DNA of 38,191 nt from a virus (taxonomy: Duplodnaviria > Caudoviricetes): positions 1 through 38,191 of the IMG/VR virus record IMGVR_UViG_3300022173_000002, one strand, 5' to 3'. Every line of letters begins with the position of its first letter. Position 1 is the first letter of the stretch. Both the position numbers and the translations under genes were made by a program. Of the stretch, positions 8,650-17,797 are shown piece after piece. The notes under the pieces were generated by a model, which did not search any database, had not been told where the DNA came from, and saw only the letters and a list, made by a program, of their open reading frames with translations.

Positions 8650-8668
8650 TAGTTAACAAGGAACAAAA

Positions 8669-9580
8669 ATGAGTGGTGTGATTAATAGTGGCTCTTTTGC
8701 AAAAGCCCTCTGGCCCGGCGTTAACGCTTGGTACGGTAAAGCATATGATGAGTATTCGGTTGAATACACGTCCCTGTTCGACAAGTTTAGCTCGTCTAAA
8801 GCTTGGGAAGAGGATGTGGGCATCTCGTCTTTTGGCCTTGCGGTTCAAAAGGGTGAGGGTGCTCCTATCTCGTATGACAGTGAGCAACAGGCTTTTGTAA
8901 CGCGCTACCAGCACGTTGTGTATGCACTGGGCTTTATCATCACGCGAGAGATGATGGAAGACGACCAGTATGATGTGGTGGGTCAGCGTAAGGCACAGGG
9001 TCTTGCTTTCTCTCATCGTCAGACGAAGGAAATTGTGGGCGCTAACGTCTACAACCGTGCCTTCTCTGGTTCTTACCTTGGTGGTGATGGTGTGTCGATG
9101 ATTTCGGCTTCGCATCCCAACATCGCTGGCGGTACCCAGAGCAACATCATCGCTACGGCTGCCGACTTGTCGGAAGCTTCGCTGGAACAAGCTTGCATTG
9201 ACATTGCCGGTTTCACCAACGACCGTGGTTTGCTGATTGCTGTGCGACCAGAAAGCCTGATTATCCCTCGCCAACTGATGTTTGAAGCCAAGCGTATTCT
9301 TGCTTCTGATGGTCGTGTTGGTACTGATCTGAATGATCTGAACGCACTCAAAACCATGGGTATTGTGCCAAAGATTGTGACGAACCACTACCTGACTGAT
9401 ACGGATGCTTGGTTCATTCGTACCAACGTCAAGCATGGTCTGAAATACTTCGAACGTCGTGCTGATGCCTTCGAGATGGACAATGACTTCGATACCGAGA
9501 ACGCTAAGTTTAAGGCTACCGGTCGTTATTCGTTTGGTTGGACTGACTGGCGTGGTATTTACGGAAGCGCAGGCGCATAA
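8669..9580 (+). CDS. Major capsid protein (HK97 fold, Mu gpT-like)
   Basis: 303 aa; KGEGAPISYD, YALGFIITREMMEDDQY, RYSFGWTDWRGIYGS motifs. Confidence 0.85.
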   Translation: MSGVINSGSFAKALWPGVNAWYGKAYDEYSVEYTSLFDKFSSSKAWEEDVGISSFGLAVQKGEGAPISYDSEQQAFVTRYQHVVYALGFIITREMMEDDQYDVVGQRKAQGLAFSHRQTKEIVGANVYNRAFSGSYLGGDGVSMISASHPNIAGGTQSNIIATAADLSEASLEQACIDIAGFTNDRGLLIAVRPESLIIPRQLMFEAKRILASDGRVGTDLNDLNALKTMGIVPKIVTNHYLTDTDAWFIRTNVKHGLKYFERRADAFEMDNDFDTENAKFKATGRYSFGWTDWRGIYGSAGA

Positions 9581-9582
9581 CC

Positions 9583-10008
9583 ATGGGTGTTAACTACTCC
9601 GACAATCGGGTCACTGCTACTAACAACAGCCAAGTCGTAAAGGTAAAATCTGTACGTCTTCTGTTTGGTGATGTGACTACGGGCGGAGCAGCTTCGGTAA
9701 AGGCTGTGCTTCCTGCACAGTCTACCATCCTTGAGTTTCGTTTTTGGAAAAAGACGCAACTCTCTGGTAACGGTATTACGGCAGCTACACTGTCCGTTGG
9801 TACTCCCGGTGCTGCCACTTCGTTCGTTAACGCTGCTGACATTCTGACTCCTACTGCTGGCGTCACGAGTTCACTTACTTCGGTTACGACCCATCAGAAT
9901 TACGATTCTAATAACCGTACCGACATTAGCCTTCTGTTCACAGGGACAGCAACTACGGGTAACCCCACGGCTGGTGAATTCTACGTAGACGTTATCTACG
10001 CTGAGTAA
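9583..10008 (+). CDS. Capsid cement/decoration protein, putative
   Basis: T/A/G-rich beta sandwich between the capsid gene and a terminator. Confidence 0.55.
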   Translation: MGVNYSDNRVTATNNSQVVKVKSVRLLFGDVTTGGAASVKAVLPAQSTILEFRFWKKTQLSGNGITAATLSVGTPGAATSFVNAADILTPTAGVTSSLTSVTTHQNYDSNNRTDISLLFTGTATTGNPTAGEFYVDVIYAE

Positions 10009-10013
10009 TAACC

Positions 10014-10040
10014 AAAAGGGGCTTCGGCCCCTTTTCTTTT
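10014..10040 (+). terminator. Rho-independent terminator after capsid genes
   Basis: aaaaggggc-TTCG-gcccctttt stem-loop followed by ctttt. Confidence 0.9.
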
Positions 10041-10049
10041 GGAGAACTT

Positions 10050-10298
10050 ATGAGTGCTTATCGATCCTCAGATGCTACGGTATCTGCTCATGGCGCTGTT
10101 GCCATTACTCCCAACGACTCAACTGTATTCCCAGTTACTCGTAGCCTTTACATTGGTGGTTCTGGAGACTTGACCGTACGTATGGCAGATGAGATGGTTG
10201 TTACTTTTACAGCGGTGCCAATTGGCATTGCCCCTTTTCAAGTTGACAAAGTGCTTTCTACTGGAACCACTGCTTCAGCAATTATCGGACTTTATTAA
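10050..10298 (+). CDS. Head spike base protein (RcGTA Rcc01079-like)
   Basis: 82 aa; AVAITPNDST...RSLYIGGSGDLTVRM...VTFTAVPIG..P.QVDKVLSTGTTA pattern. Confidence 0.75.
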   Translation: MSAYRSSDATVSAHGAVAITPNDSTVFPVTRSLYIGGSGDLTVRMADEMVVTFTAVPIGIAPFQVDKVLSTGTTASAIIGLY

Positions 10299-10300
10299 AC

Positions 10301-10717
10301 ATGGCAAACGCACTCTATCCCAAATGGAAAGAAGCTCGGCTTCAAGGCACAGCTAACGCGGCACTAGACGGCTCCGGTACTACTGGGGTTTATGCTGCTC
10401 TTGTTGACACTGGCACGTATACTTACAGTGCCGCACACGAATTCTTCTCTTCTGTTGTGGCTGGACAAGTTGGAACAGAAATTGAGCTTGGAACTAAGAC
10501 GTTTACTAATGGTGCTTTTGACGCAGCTAACTCGACTATTCCTTCAGTCACTGGTGCTACCTCAGAAGCTGTAGTTTTATTTGTCAAAAATGCTGGAGCC
10601 AATACTACTTGGCGTCTGGTAGCCTATCTTGACACTGGTGTTACCGGTCTGCCGGTTACTCCCAATGGAAACAACATTACATTGACATGGGGTGCCGGAG
10701 GCATCTTCCAACTTTAA
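10301..10717 (+). CDS. Virion structural protein (fibre/spike adaptor)
   Basis: MANALYPKWKEA...LVAYLDTGVTGLPVTPNGNNITLTW...GIFQL, a recurring phage structural family. Confidence 0.6.
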   Translation: MANALYPKWKEARLQGTANAALDGSGTTGVYAALVDTGTYTYSAAHEFFSSVVAGQVGTEIELGTKTFTNGAFDAANSTIPSVTGATSEAVVLFVKNAGANTTWRLVAYLDTGVTGLPVTPNGNNITLTWGAGGIFQL

Positions 10718-10725
10718 GGATTGAC

Positions 10726-13191
10726 ATGCCTGTAGCAACTCCAGACAGTTATTCATTTACTCCGGGAACTCCACTATATGCAGGATTACCTACTCCTTCT
10801 GGTGGTGGGCTCATTACAACTCTGTCACTAGTAAATACGTCTGGTAGTACACAGGCGGCGAACTTCGTCAGCCCAATGCTTGGTATGCCATTCAAGGCGG
10901 GTGATATTCCGTCTGGTGAGTTTCCGGTATTCACACTTGAAGATGATACTCCGTGCCCTGCCACAATCTACAACGACACGTCTTGGCCAGATGCATCAAA
11001 GAAGTTTTGTGGTGTGTTATTGCGCGCTCCAACATCAATTGCAGGTTCTGGTACGCTAACCGTTGAGGTAAAGTCTGGTGGTTCTACACCATCAGCTAGT
11101 TCACGTACGTTATCTGACCTCACGGCTGCCGACATTAAAGTTGAATTGACTGGTATTACCGCTCTGTCTGGTGTGTGGACTGCTAGTCTGAACACAGCAA
11201 TCACTGATGCTGACGACATTGTAGTAATTGGTGATGGGCCTGCTGGTAAAGTATGGCGTATTGGCGGAGCGTTCAAGCAATCAGGTTCTGCACACGGTCA
11301 GTTGTATTGCTGGCATTATGTAGCTGCTTTACAGAACTCTAGTGGTGGATTCATGGGAATTCGTTATCTTGGACGAGGAGCGCAGCCATACACAGACATT
11401 ACCTCTCCAACTGTAGCAAAGCGTGAGTTCTCCGCTGTGCTCAAGTCTGGTGCAACCACGCTTCGCACGCTGCAAGGCACTCAGTCGGGTGAGACGCTGA
11501 CCGGCACCATAACGATGCCGCACTACACCGACTTTTATACGTGCGGGCAGGACGGTGAATGGGACTACGTGCAGGGTGGTGGGTCGGCGTCGGCTGATTG
11601 CACGATTCGCGTGCAGCACGACAAGACGTACTTCACAAAGTCGAAGTTGGTCCCACCCTACGACCTCACGCAGACGCCGACCAACATGGCGAGCGTGAAC
11701 TACAACCCGCAGTGCAAGGGTTCCAGCGTAGAGCGCAACCTTGATGGAACGGGGGAGCGTCTTGAGATTGGTGTGATGCCCTCGTGGGCAGTGCGCCACC
11801 TGATGACGCAATCCGCAGTGGATCGCCGCGCTGTGGTGGTGTCTGCCCTCGCGGCCGGTGGCTGGCGCAGTTGCATGCGTCTTTCCTCCACCAAGCAGAT
11901 CATCCCAGTAGTGGACATTCAGTCCAGCTACACAGGTCTTGGCACTGCGCAGCCTTCATACCGCTACTTCGATGCGGGCAGTAACAACGTCGGTGTGAAC
12001 CCACGGCCTGAGACGCACTTGTGGGACAAAGATTGGGACATCGGCCACCGCCCCGCCATTGAGTATTACGCATACCTCATCACGGCACGCCCTGAGATGC
12101 TGGACATGCTGGTGGAACAGGCGGCTGTCATTCTTATCAGCGGCCCCCCTGGCGGGAATACGTGGAAAGTTGGTAGCCCGATTGGCGGCGGAAACCCTAT
12201 CTCAGGGTCATGGGCAGGCGAGCGCAACCCATCAATCGCAGGGACCACATACAAAGGAGCCGGTTTTCTCTTCAACGGGAACCTGTTCCGGATCATGGCT
12301 TGGTCCAGCCGAGACATTGGTGATGTGTCGGCGATATACCCGGACACATGCCCTTACGGCACCGAGACGCGCAAGTATTTCCGCGATGTGCTGGCAAGTG
12401 GATATGCGGCGCTGAAGGCATACAACGACGCTCTCCCGACCTCATGGCGGGACAGTGGTCTTGTCAGCTTCACCGACAACGGCGGCGGTGGAGACTTCAC
12501 GTTTGAGAGTCCTTGGGCACTGGGCTATTGGTCGAATGCGATCTGCCACCTGGCAAACACTCTGCCAGAAATCCCCGATCTGGTGAGCTTTCGGCAGCAC
12601 TTGGCAAAGTGGTACTCATCCCAGAACGCTATTGCTGGAATTGCCACCGTTGCGGCCTATCGCTTTTCACAATGGAAGCAGGACAACACTCGCGTTGAAA
12701 CTGCCGCAGATGTCGTGTTTGCCATTGGTGGCACGCTGACGCCCAGCACATCCACCAACCGCATCACGGTAAGCACATTCACGGCACTGACCAATGGCGA
12801 TGTGTTCATGTTTGACTCACGCCTCAATGGAGCAGCCAAACCATGCGCAGAAGCTGTGAACGGTCAGCGGCTATACATCGTCAACGCCTCGGGAAACACC
12901 GGACAGCTATCCCTTACGCCGGGTGGAAGCGTTCTAACTCTAACGTCCAACGCGGCGATCAGCTCGTGGTTCTGCCGCGTGGCCGCCCCAGCTCCTCAGT
13001 TCAGCTATGAGGGCATCGGCTCTAACACCGGCTACGCAGCCAACATTTACGGTGCGATCCGTCACCATCTGGCATGCGGCGACACGGTTGTAAGCAGCGC
13101 CCGCACCGCTCAAGACGCGAACTGGGCTGCAACAGGTTCCAACTTCACAGGCGAGCCCAAGAACGCCATGGCCACGGCTTACCCGACATAA
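10726..13191 (+). CDS. Large spike protein with polysaccharide-lyase-like (YetA/PL26-type) architecture
   Basis: AAGGA RBS before ATG 10726; GMPFKAGD...SWPDASKK resembles the YetA/PcRGLX N-terminal barrel; WDIGHRPAIEYYAYLITA resembles the alpha-toroid region. Confidence 0.55.
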   Translation: MPVATPDSYSFTPGTPLYAGLPTPSGGGLITTLSLVNTSGSTQAANFVSPMLGMPFKAGDIPSGEFPVFTLEDDTPCPATIYNDTSWPDASKKFCGVLLRAPTSIAGSGTLTVEVKSGGSTPSASSRTLSDLTAADIKVELTGITALSGVWTASLNTAITDADDIVVIGDGPAGKVWRIGGAFKQSGSAHGQLYCWHYVAALQNSSGGFMGIRYLGRGAQPYTDITSPTVAKREFSAVLKSGATTLRTLQGTQSGETLTGTITMPHYTDFYTCGQDGEWDYVQGGGSASADCTIRVQHDKTYFTKSKLVPPYDLTQTPTNMASVNYNPQCKGSSVERNLDGTGERLEIGVMPSWAVRHLMTQSAVDRRAVVVSALAAGGWRSCMRLSSTKQIIPVVDIQSSYTGLGTAQPSYRYFDAGSNNVGVNPRPETHLWDKDWDIGHRPAIEYYAYLITARPEMLDMLVEQAAVILISGPPGGNTWKVGSPIGGGNPISGSWAGERNPSIAGTTYKGAGFLFNGNLFRIMAWSSRDIGDVSAIYPDTCPYGTETRKYFRDVLASGYAALKAYNDALPTSWRDSGLVSFTDNGGGGDFTFESPWALGYWSNAICHLANTLPEIPDLVSFRQHLAKWYSSQNAIAGIATVAAYRFSQWKQDNTRVETAADVVFAIGGTLTPSTSTNRITVSTFTALTNGDVFMFDSRLNGAAKPCAEAVNGQRLYIVNASGNTGQLSLTPGGSVLTLTSNAAISSWFCRVAAPAPQFSYEGIGSNTGYAANIYGAIRHHLACGDTVVSSARTAQDANWAATGSNFTGEPKNAMATAYPT

Positions 13192-13200
13192 GGATGACAC

Positions 13201-14556
13201 ATGGCACTCTTTCAAGATCCATTTAACGGCACCAACGGTACGACTGTTGGATCAACCACAGGCTGGTCACTTACCCCCGGCTTTTATGACGTTTTAAAGT
13301 TAGACGGTGCTGGAGCGGTTAAGTCCGATTCGTACACCGACGATCCAAAGTCCATCATCAATGATACAGGGGCTCTAGATCACTACTGCGAGGCAGTTGT
13401 GGGTGCTGGTTTTGTTGGAACGGCTGCGTTTGGCAAAGTGAACTTGGGTGCGTCGCAGACCGGTCGAACTGCAAAGTTCAACGTGTCGTACAACGGAAGC
13501 ACCGGGCAACTTCGCATCATGGGTCGCCGTGACGGCACCGATCAGACCGTGACTACAGTTACGACTGCATTGGCCGCAGGGGACACGCTTCGGATTGAGC
13601 AGGACGACACAGCAAAATCGCTTGTTGTCAAAATCAACGGCACGTCGGTATTCACCACTAGCGACACCACTTTCTTCAACGAGACGCCATCCACGGGCGT
13701 CGGCCTGATTCTCGACTTCAACGGCAACTCGGCACTGACCGACATCATCCGAAACTTTGAGTCAAATACTCTAGGTGGAGGAGACACCACGAATCCAGAT
13801 TTTGGTGCTGCTACTCTTGGGTTTGTGACTAAAACAGACACTACTGTTTCTTTAGCTACATCAGCAGCCGCCACAGATAACGTAGCTGTAACAGGATATG
13901 AATGGAGTTCTGATAACGGAGCTACATATCCGTTTACGTCGCTGTCTAACAGCTTTACGTTTACTGCATTAACTGCTCTTACCTCGTACAACTTCCGTGT
14001 ACGTGCGTATGATGCAGCCGGTAACCGTAGCACTGCTTTGACCCTGACAACTAGTACATACCGTGCTGGTGACACTGGTCAGAACATTGTAGATGACACT
14101 GCTGCAATTCCGGGAGTACAGGAAGAAGGCTTTCTGTATAACGATGTTGTATTACCAGCAGATGCTGCTAAATGGTTTAGCTACAACATTACTACTCCAG
14201 TAACAGACACTGGTAGTCTGACTCTCTATCCAAACGGTTCATTTATCTGGGTTGGTTTGTCAGCAGACAGTTTTTACTACCAACTTGAGGTTGATGGTGC
14301 AAACGTAGGTTCACCACAGCTTGTTTCATTAGACCCGGCAGATGGTTCACAAGACCTGACGTTTACACTGTTTACTAACACAAACACGTTTGAGCCCTTT
14401 ACAGTTGCTAATGAAGCTGCTACTAATCTGACATTCACTACGTTTACCAACACACAAACATTCTATCCGTTTACTGTGTACCGAGCAGGTGATCCCCTAC
14501 CAGTTACTAGTGGTAAGCAGCAAAGACTCAGTATGAAAATGGGCTTAGGACTTTAA
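13201..14556 (+). CDS. Fibre/spike protein with lectin-like N-terminus, FN3 domain and Ig-like C-terminus
   Basis: FN3 motif ATDNVAVTGYE...LTALTSYNFRVRAYDAAGNRS; C-terminal LTFTxFTNTxTFxPFTV repeats; ends MGLGL. Confidence 0.7.
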   Translation: MALFQDPFNGTNGTTVGSTTGWSLTPGFYDVLKLDGAGAVKSDSYTDDPKSIINDTGALDHYCEAVVGAGFVGTAAFGKVNLGASQTGRTAKFNVSYNGSTGQLRIMGRRDGTDQTVTTVTTALAAGDTLRIEQDDTAKSLVVKINGTSVFTTSDTTFFNETPSTGVGLILDFNGNSALTDIIRNFESNTLGGGDTTNPDFGAATLGFVTKTDTTVSLATSAAATDNVAVTGYEWSSDNGATYPFTSLSNSFTFTALTALTSYNFRVRAYDAAGNRSTALTLTTSTYRAGDTGQNIVDDTAAIPGVQEEGFLYNDVVLPADAAKWFSYNITTPVTDTGSLTLYPNGSFIWVGLSADSFYYQLEVDGANVGSPQLVSLDPADGSQDLTFTLFTNTNTFEPFTVANEAATNLTFTTFTNTQTFYPFTVYRAGDPLPVTSGKQQRLSMKMGLGL

Positions 14557-14564
14557 GGAATTAT

Positions 14565-14891
14565 ATGAGCCATCTTATTTTAGGTCAGTGGAATGCTCTA
14601 TGTGATGTATGTGGTTTTGAGTTTAAAAGTTCCGAACTTAAAAAAGATTGGCGGGGGTTGATGGTATGCTCACAAGATTATGAGCAACGACACCCCCAAG
14701 ATTTTATTAGAGTTCGTCCAGAAAGAGTGACACCTTCTTGGGTTAGACCTAATCCACCAGATGCTTTTATTGAGGTTTGCTATCTTTGGGAACGTTCTGC
14801 TTATGCTGATCTAGCAACCGCCGATTGTGCTTTAGCAGACGAAAACTCAATATCCTATCCACTTCTTTTAGCTTTAAAAAACGGAACTTAA
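14565..14891 (+). CDS. Conserved podovirus virion protein with CxxC motif
   Basis: WNALCDVCGF...DWRGLMVC...RHPQDF. Confidence 0.65.
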   Translation: MSHLILGQWNALCDVCGFEFKSSELKKDWRGLMVCSQDYEQRHPQDFIRVRPERVTPSWVRPNPPDAFIEVCYLWERSAYADLATADCALADENSISYPLLLALKNGT

Positions 14892-16388
14892 ATGGCAGAT
14901 ACTACTTTTAATCCGGGCACTGTCATTGCGTCTACTTGGCTCAATGAAGTAAACGACCATGTGTTTAATGATGCTCCACCAATAGGAACTACTGTACACG
15001 AAGCCAGTAAGATTGAAGTTACTCCTTATGGATTTGTGGCTTCAACCAACGTGCAAGCAGCAGTGCAGGAAATTGTAGATGAGTTTGGTAGTTTGGCTGT
15101 TGATGCTCTGAACGTAACCTACACTCCCGGAGGAACAGGAGCAACAGCTACTAATGTTCGAGCAAAACTTCGACAGTATGTGTCTGTGAAAGATTTTGGT
15201 GCGGTTGGTGATAACACAACTGACGATACTACAGCTATTCAGAATGCTCTGAATATGGCGCAGGAAGTTTATTTTCCTCAAGGTACTTATCGCATCACCA
15301 GTTCACTAAACATTCCTGCTAATACCATTATCAAGGGTGCTGGTCGCCGTGTGTCAGTTATCCGTGTTGACGGTGCCTTTATTGGTGCCACTCGGATTTA
15401 TGGCTCTAAGTTGTCTACCAACGTCATGAAGATTCGCATTCAGGACATGGGCTTCCAAGGTACTGCAACTGCTGTTGCTGCTCTGCATTTTGACAAGGGA
15501 GATATTGTCAAGGTAGACTCTTGTGATTTCTATGATTTCACAGCTTCCGGTGCTACTGGTATCAGAATGACCAACGTGTACTTCTGGTGGGTTAGTGACT
15601 GTAAGTTTGAGAACATCCACACCTTCGGCATTCGACTTCTGTCGGCTTCCTCTGTTGGCTGTAATGCAGGTATTTGTGGGCCTAACAACGATTTTATTGG
15701 TAACAACCAAGCTTCATTTGTTGGTTTGTCTATGGATCGTGGACAAAACATTAATGTTGTTAGTAATGATTTTGAGGGTTCTGGTAATGGCAACAAAGCC
15801 ATTGACATGAATGGTACTGAGGGTATTCTCATCTCTCAAAACTATATTGAGCTTTGGGTTAATGGAGCAATCTCTGGTAACAATGGGCTGGGTAATCGTC
15901 GAGTCACGATTGAGCAAAACGTTATTAATGCAAACTCGACCCAAGTTTGTAATTTTAACGATGCAACAACACCAAATGATCGTATTGTTTTCCGCTCTAA
16001 TAGATTTGCCGACCTCACGGGAGCACAAACTTGTGTGTTCTATGGTTCAACTACTAACACCATCTTTCAAGACAACGACCCATCGTCAGGAATTCCAAGT
16101 GACAAATACACAGTTTCTCCTAGATCGGTTCAAGCTCTTTTTGGTAGTGTGACGTGGGATCCTGTGTCTTTTGCTGACGGTGCTGTTTTGAACAACAACA
16201 TTACGGTCACTGGTGCGGCTGTTGGTGACGCGGTGGCCGTGTCTTTTTCCACTCTTGGAACTAGAAACATTCTTATCTCTGGTCATGTGTCTGCTGCAAA
16301 CACAGTGCGGGTAGTTTTATATAACCGGGAAGGTTCCGCTGTTGATTTAACTTCTGGAACTTTGTCGGCTTGGGTTTTTAAAAGCTAA
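14892..16388 (+). CDS. Tailspike / depolymerase (pectate lyase 3-type beta-helix)
   Basis: VSVKDFGAVGD..TDDTTAIQNAL...YFPQGTYRI motif followed by N/G-rich beta-helix repeats. Confidence 0.88.
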   Translation: MADTTFNPGTVIASTWLNEVNDHVFNDAPPIGTTVHEASKIEVTPYGFVASTNVQAAVQEIVDEFGSLAVDALNVTYTPGGTGATATNVRAKLRQYVSVKDFGAVGDNTTDDTTAIQNALNMAQEVYFPQGTYRITSSLNIPANTIIKGAGRRVSVIRVDGAFIGATRIYGSKLSTNVMKIRIQDMGFQGTATAVAALHFDKGDIVKVDSCDFYDFTASGATGIRMTNVYFWWVSDCKFENIHTFGIRLLSASSVGCNAGICGPNNDFIGNNQASFVGLSMDRGQNINVVSNDFEGSGNGNKAIDMNGTEGILISQNYIELWVNGAISGNNGLGNRRVTIEQNVINANSTQVCNFNDATTPNDRIVFRSNRFADLTGAQTCVFYGSTTNTIFQDNDPSSGIPSDKYTVSPRSVQALFGSVTWDPVSFADGAVLNNNITVTGAAVGDAVAVSFSTLGTRNILISGHVSAANTVRVVLYNREGSAVDLTSGTLSAWVFKS

Positions 16389-16395
16389 GGTATTT

Positions 16396-16641
16396 ATGGA
16401 TTATTTGACTGTTATATTATTTATTGCAGGGGGTATTCTTGCTGCTGCACAAGCTGTTTTAGGATGGTTTGCTAAAACTCTTTGGAATGCTGTTCAAGAA
16501 CTTAAAACCGACTTGGCAAAACTTCGTGAGGAACTTCCAACAAAGTACGCCCAACGGGACGACTTCAATCAACTAGGTCAAGAGCTTCGTGAGATGTTCC
16601 GAGAAATTCGTGATAAGTTAGATCGTAAGGCGGATAAATAA
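16396..16641 (+). CDS. Single-TM plus coiled-coil membrane protein (holin/antiholin-like)
   Basis: N-terminal hydrophobic helix then amphipathic coiled coil ending KLDRKADK. Confidence 0.6.
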   Translation: MDYLTVILFIAGGILAAAQAVLGWFAKTLWNAVQELKTDLAKLREELPTKYAQRDDFNQLGQELREMFREIRDKLDRKADK

Positions 16642-17084
16642 TGAGCTTTTGGGGCAAGATGTTCGGTACTGACACTGCCATAAACAGTACCATTGACGCC
16701 GTTAAAAACGGCCTAGACGCTCTCGTCTATACAGACGAAGAGAAAGCTGTGGATGCAGCTAAAGAACGCTCTGAAGCCCGTGGGATGCTTGTTCAATGGA
16801 TGGAAGCTACTCAAGGCCAAAACCTTGCTAGGCGTCTTATCTCATTAGCAATTACAGGTGTCTGGTTGTTCCAGTATATCATTAGTGTTTTTGCTATGTC
16901 CCTTGCGGTCTTCTGGACTTCAGCAGCAAATGATTTGAATAAGCTTGCACAAATTCAGACAGAGAGTGCCAACGACATGTCTCCTGCTGTAATGCTTATC
17001 TTGGCTTTTTACTTTGCTGCTCCCCACATGGGTGAATTTGCAAAAGCAATTGTAAGTAACTTTCAAAAGAGGGTGGATAAATAA
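16641..17084 (+). CDS. Holin (GTA 3TM-holin-like)
   Basis: YTDEEKA motif, two hydrophobic segments, LILAFYF. Confidence 0.6.
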   Translation: MSFWGKMFGTDTAINSTIDAVKNGLDALVYTDEEKAVDAAKERSEARGMLVQWMEATQGQNLARRLISLAITGVWLFQYIISVFAMSLAVFWTSAANDLNKLAQIQTESANDMSPAVMLILAFYFAAPHMGEFAKAIVSNFQKRVDK

Positions 17085-17785
17085 TGGCTACTAGCGGAAC
17101 GACCGTGTTGGAAATGACTAGAGACAGCATCATCAATGCAGCACTTCGCAAGATTGGTGTTATTGGTGAGGGTACTACTGCTAATCCAGAACAAACCTCT
17201 ACTGGAGCAGAAGCTCTAAATACTATTGTACAGTTGTTTGCTACTTTAGGAATGCCTCTTTGGAAACGAACTGAACTGGCTATTCCCATGGTTGTGGGTC
17301 AGCGTGATTACACCATTGGAGTTGGACGTACTATTGATGTACCGTTTCCAATGAAGATTTCCGAAGCTACCTTTGAGTACATTGGTTCTGGTAGCCAACA
17401 GGATGTAGAGATTAAAGCCAGCTATGACTTTAACCTCCTGCCTTCTAACTCACAGGGAACAGTGGTTAGCATCAAGTACCAGCCCTTTATTAATTACGGT
17501 GTCGTGTCTGTGTGGCCTAAGCCCTCAACTGCTACTGGTACCCTTACCATTACGTATCAAGCGCCCTATGATGTGTTTACGGCCTCTGGTGACACCCCTG
17601 ACTTTCCTCAAGAGTGGCAGAATGCTTTAATCTACAATTTGGCCCTTCTACTTGCTGATGAGTATGCACTACCCCTTCCAGATAAGCAGTGGATTGAAAA
17701 ACAAGCAACGAAGCATTTGTCACAAGCACTTGACTTTGGAACTGAAGAAGGCTCTTTGTTTTTTAGTCCTTCTACTAACGGTTAA
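17084..17785 (+). CDS. Head-tail adaptor protein
   Basis: IINAALRKIGVIGEG...VWPKP...FPQEWQNALIYNLA motifs. Confidence 0.7.
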   Translation: MATSGTTVLEMTRDSIINAALRKIGVIGEGTTANPEQTSTGAEALNTIVQLFATLGMPLWKRTELAIPMVVGQRDYTIGVGRTIDVPFPMKISEATFEYIGSGSQQDVEIKASYDFNLLPSNSQGTVVSIKYQPFINYGVVSVWPKPSTATGTLTITYQAPYDVFTASGDTPDFPQEWQNALIYNLALLLADEYALPLPDKQWIEKQATKHLSQALDFGTEEGSLFFSPSTNG

Positions 17786-17797
17786 CAGGAGAACGTC

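Noticed and set aside
8636-9436. Long antisense ORFs (e.g. 8636-9436, 22308-22946, 25002-25622, 32337-32972)
   Set aside because: They are shadows of well-supported genes on the opposite strand, with no RBS or motifs.
10726-16388. Diversity-generating retroelement or invertible fibre cassette
   Set aside because: No reverse transcriptase, template/variable repeat pair, or invertase seen.
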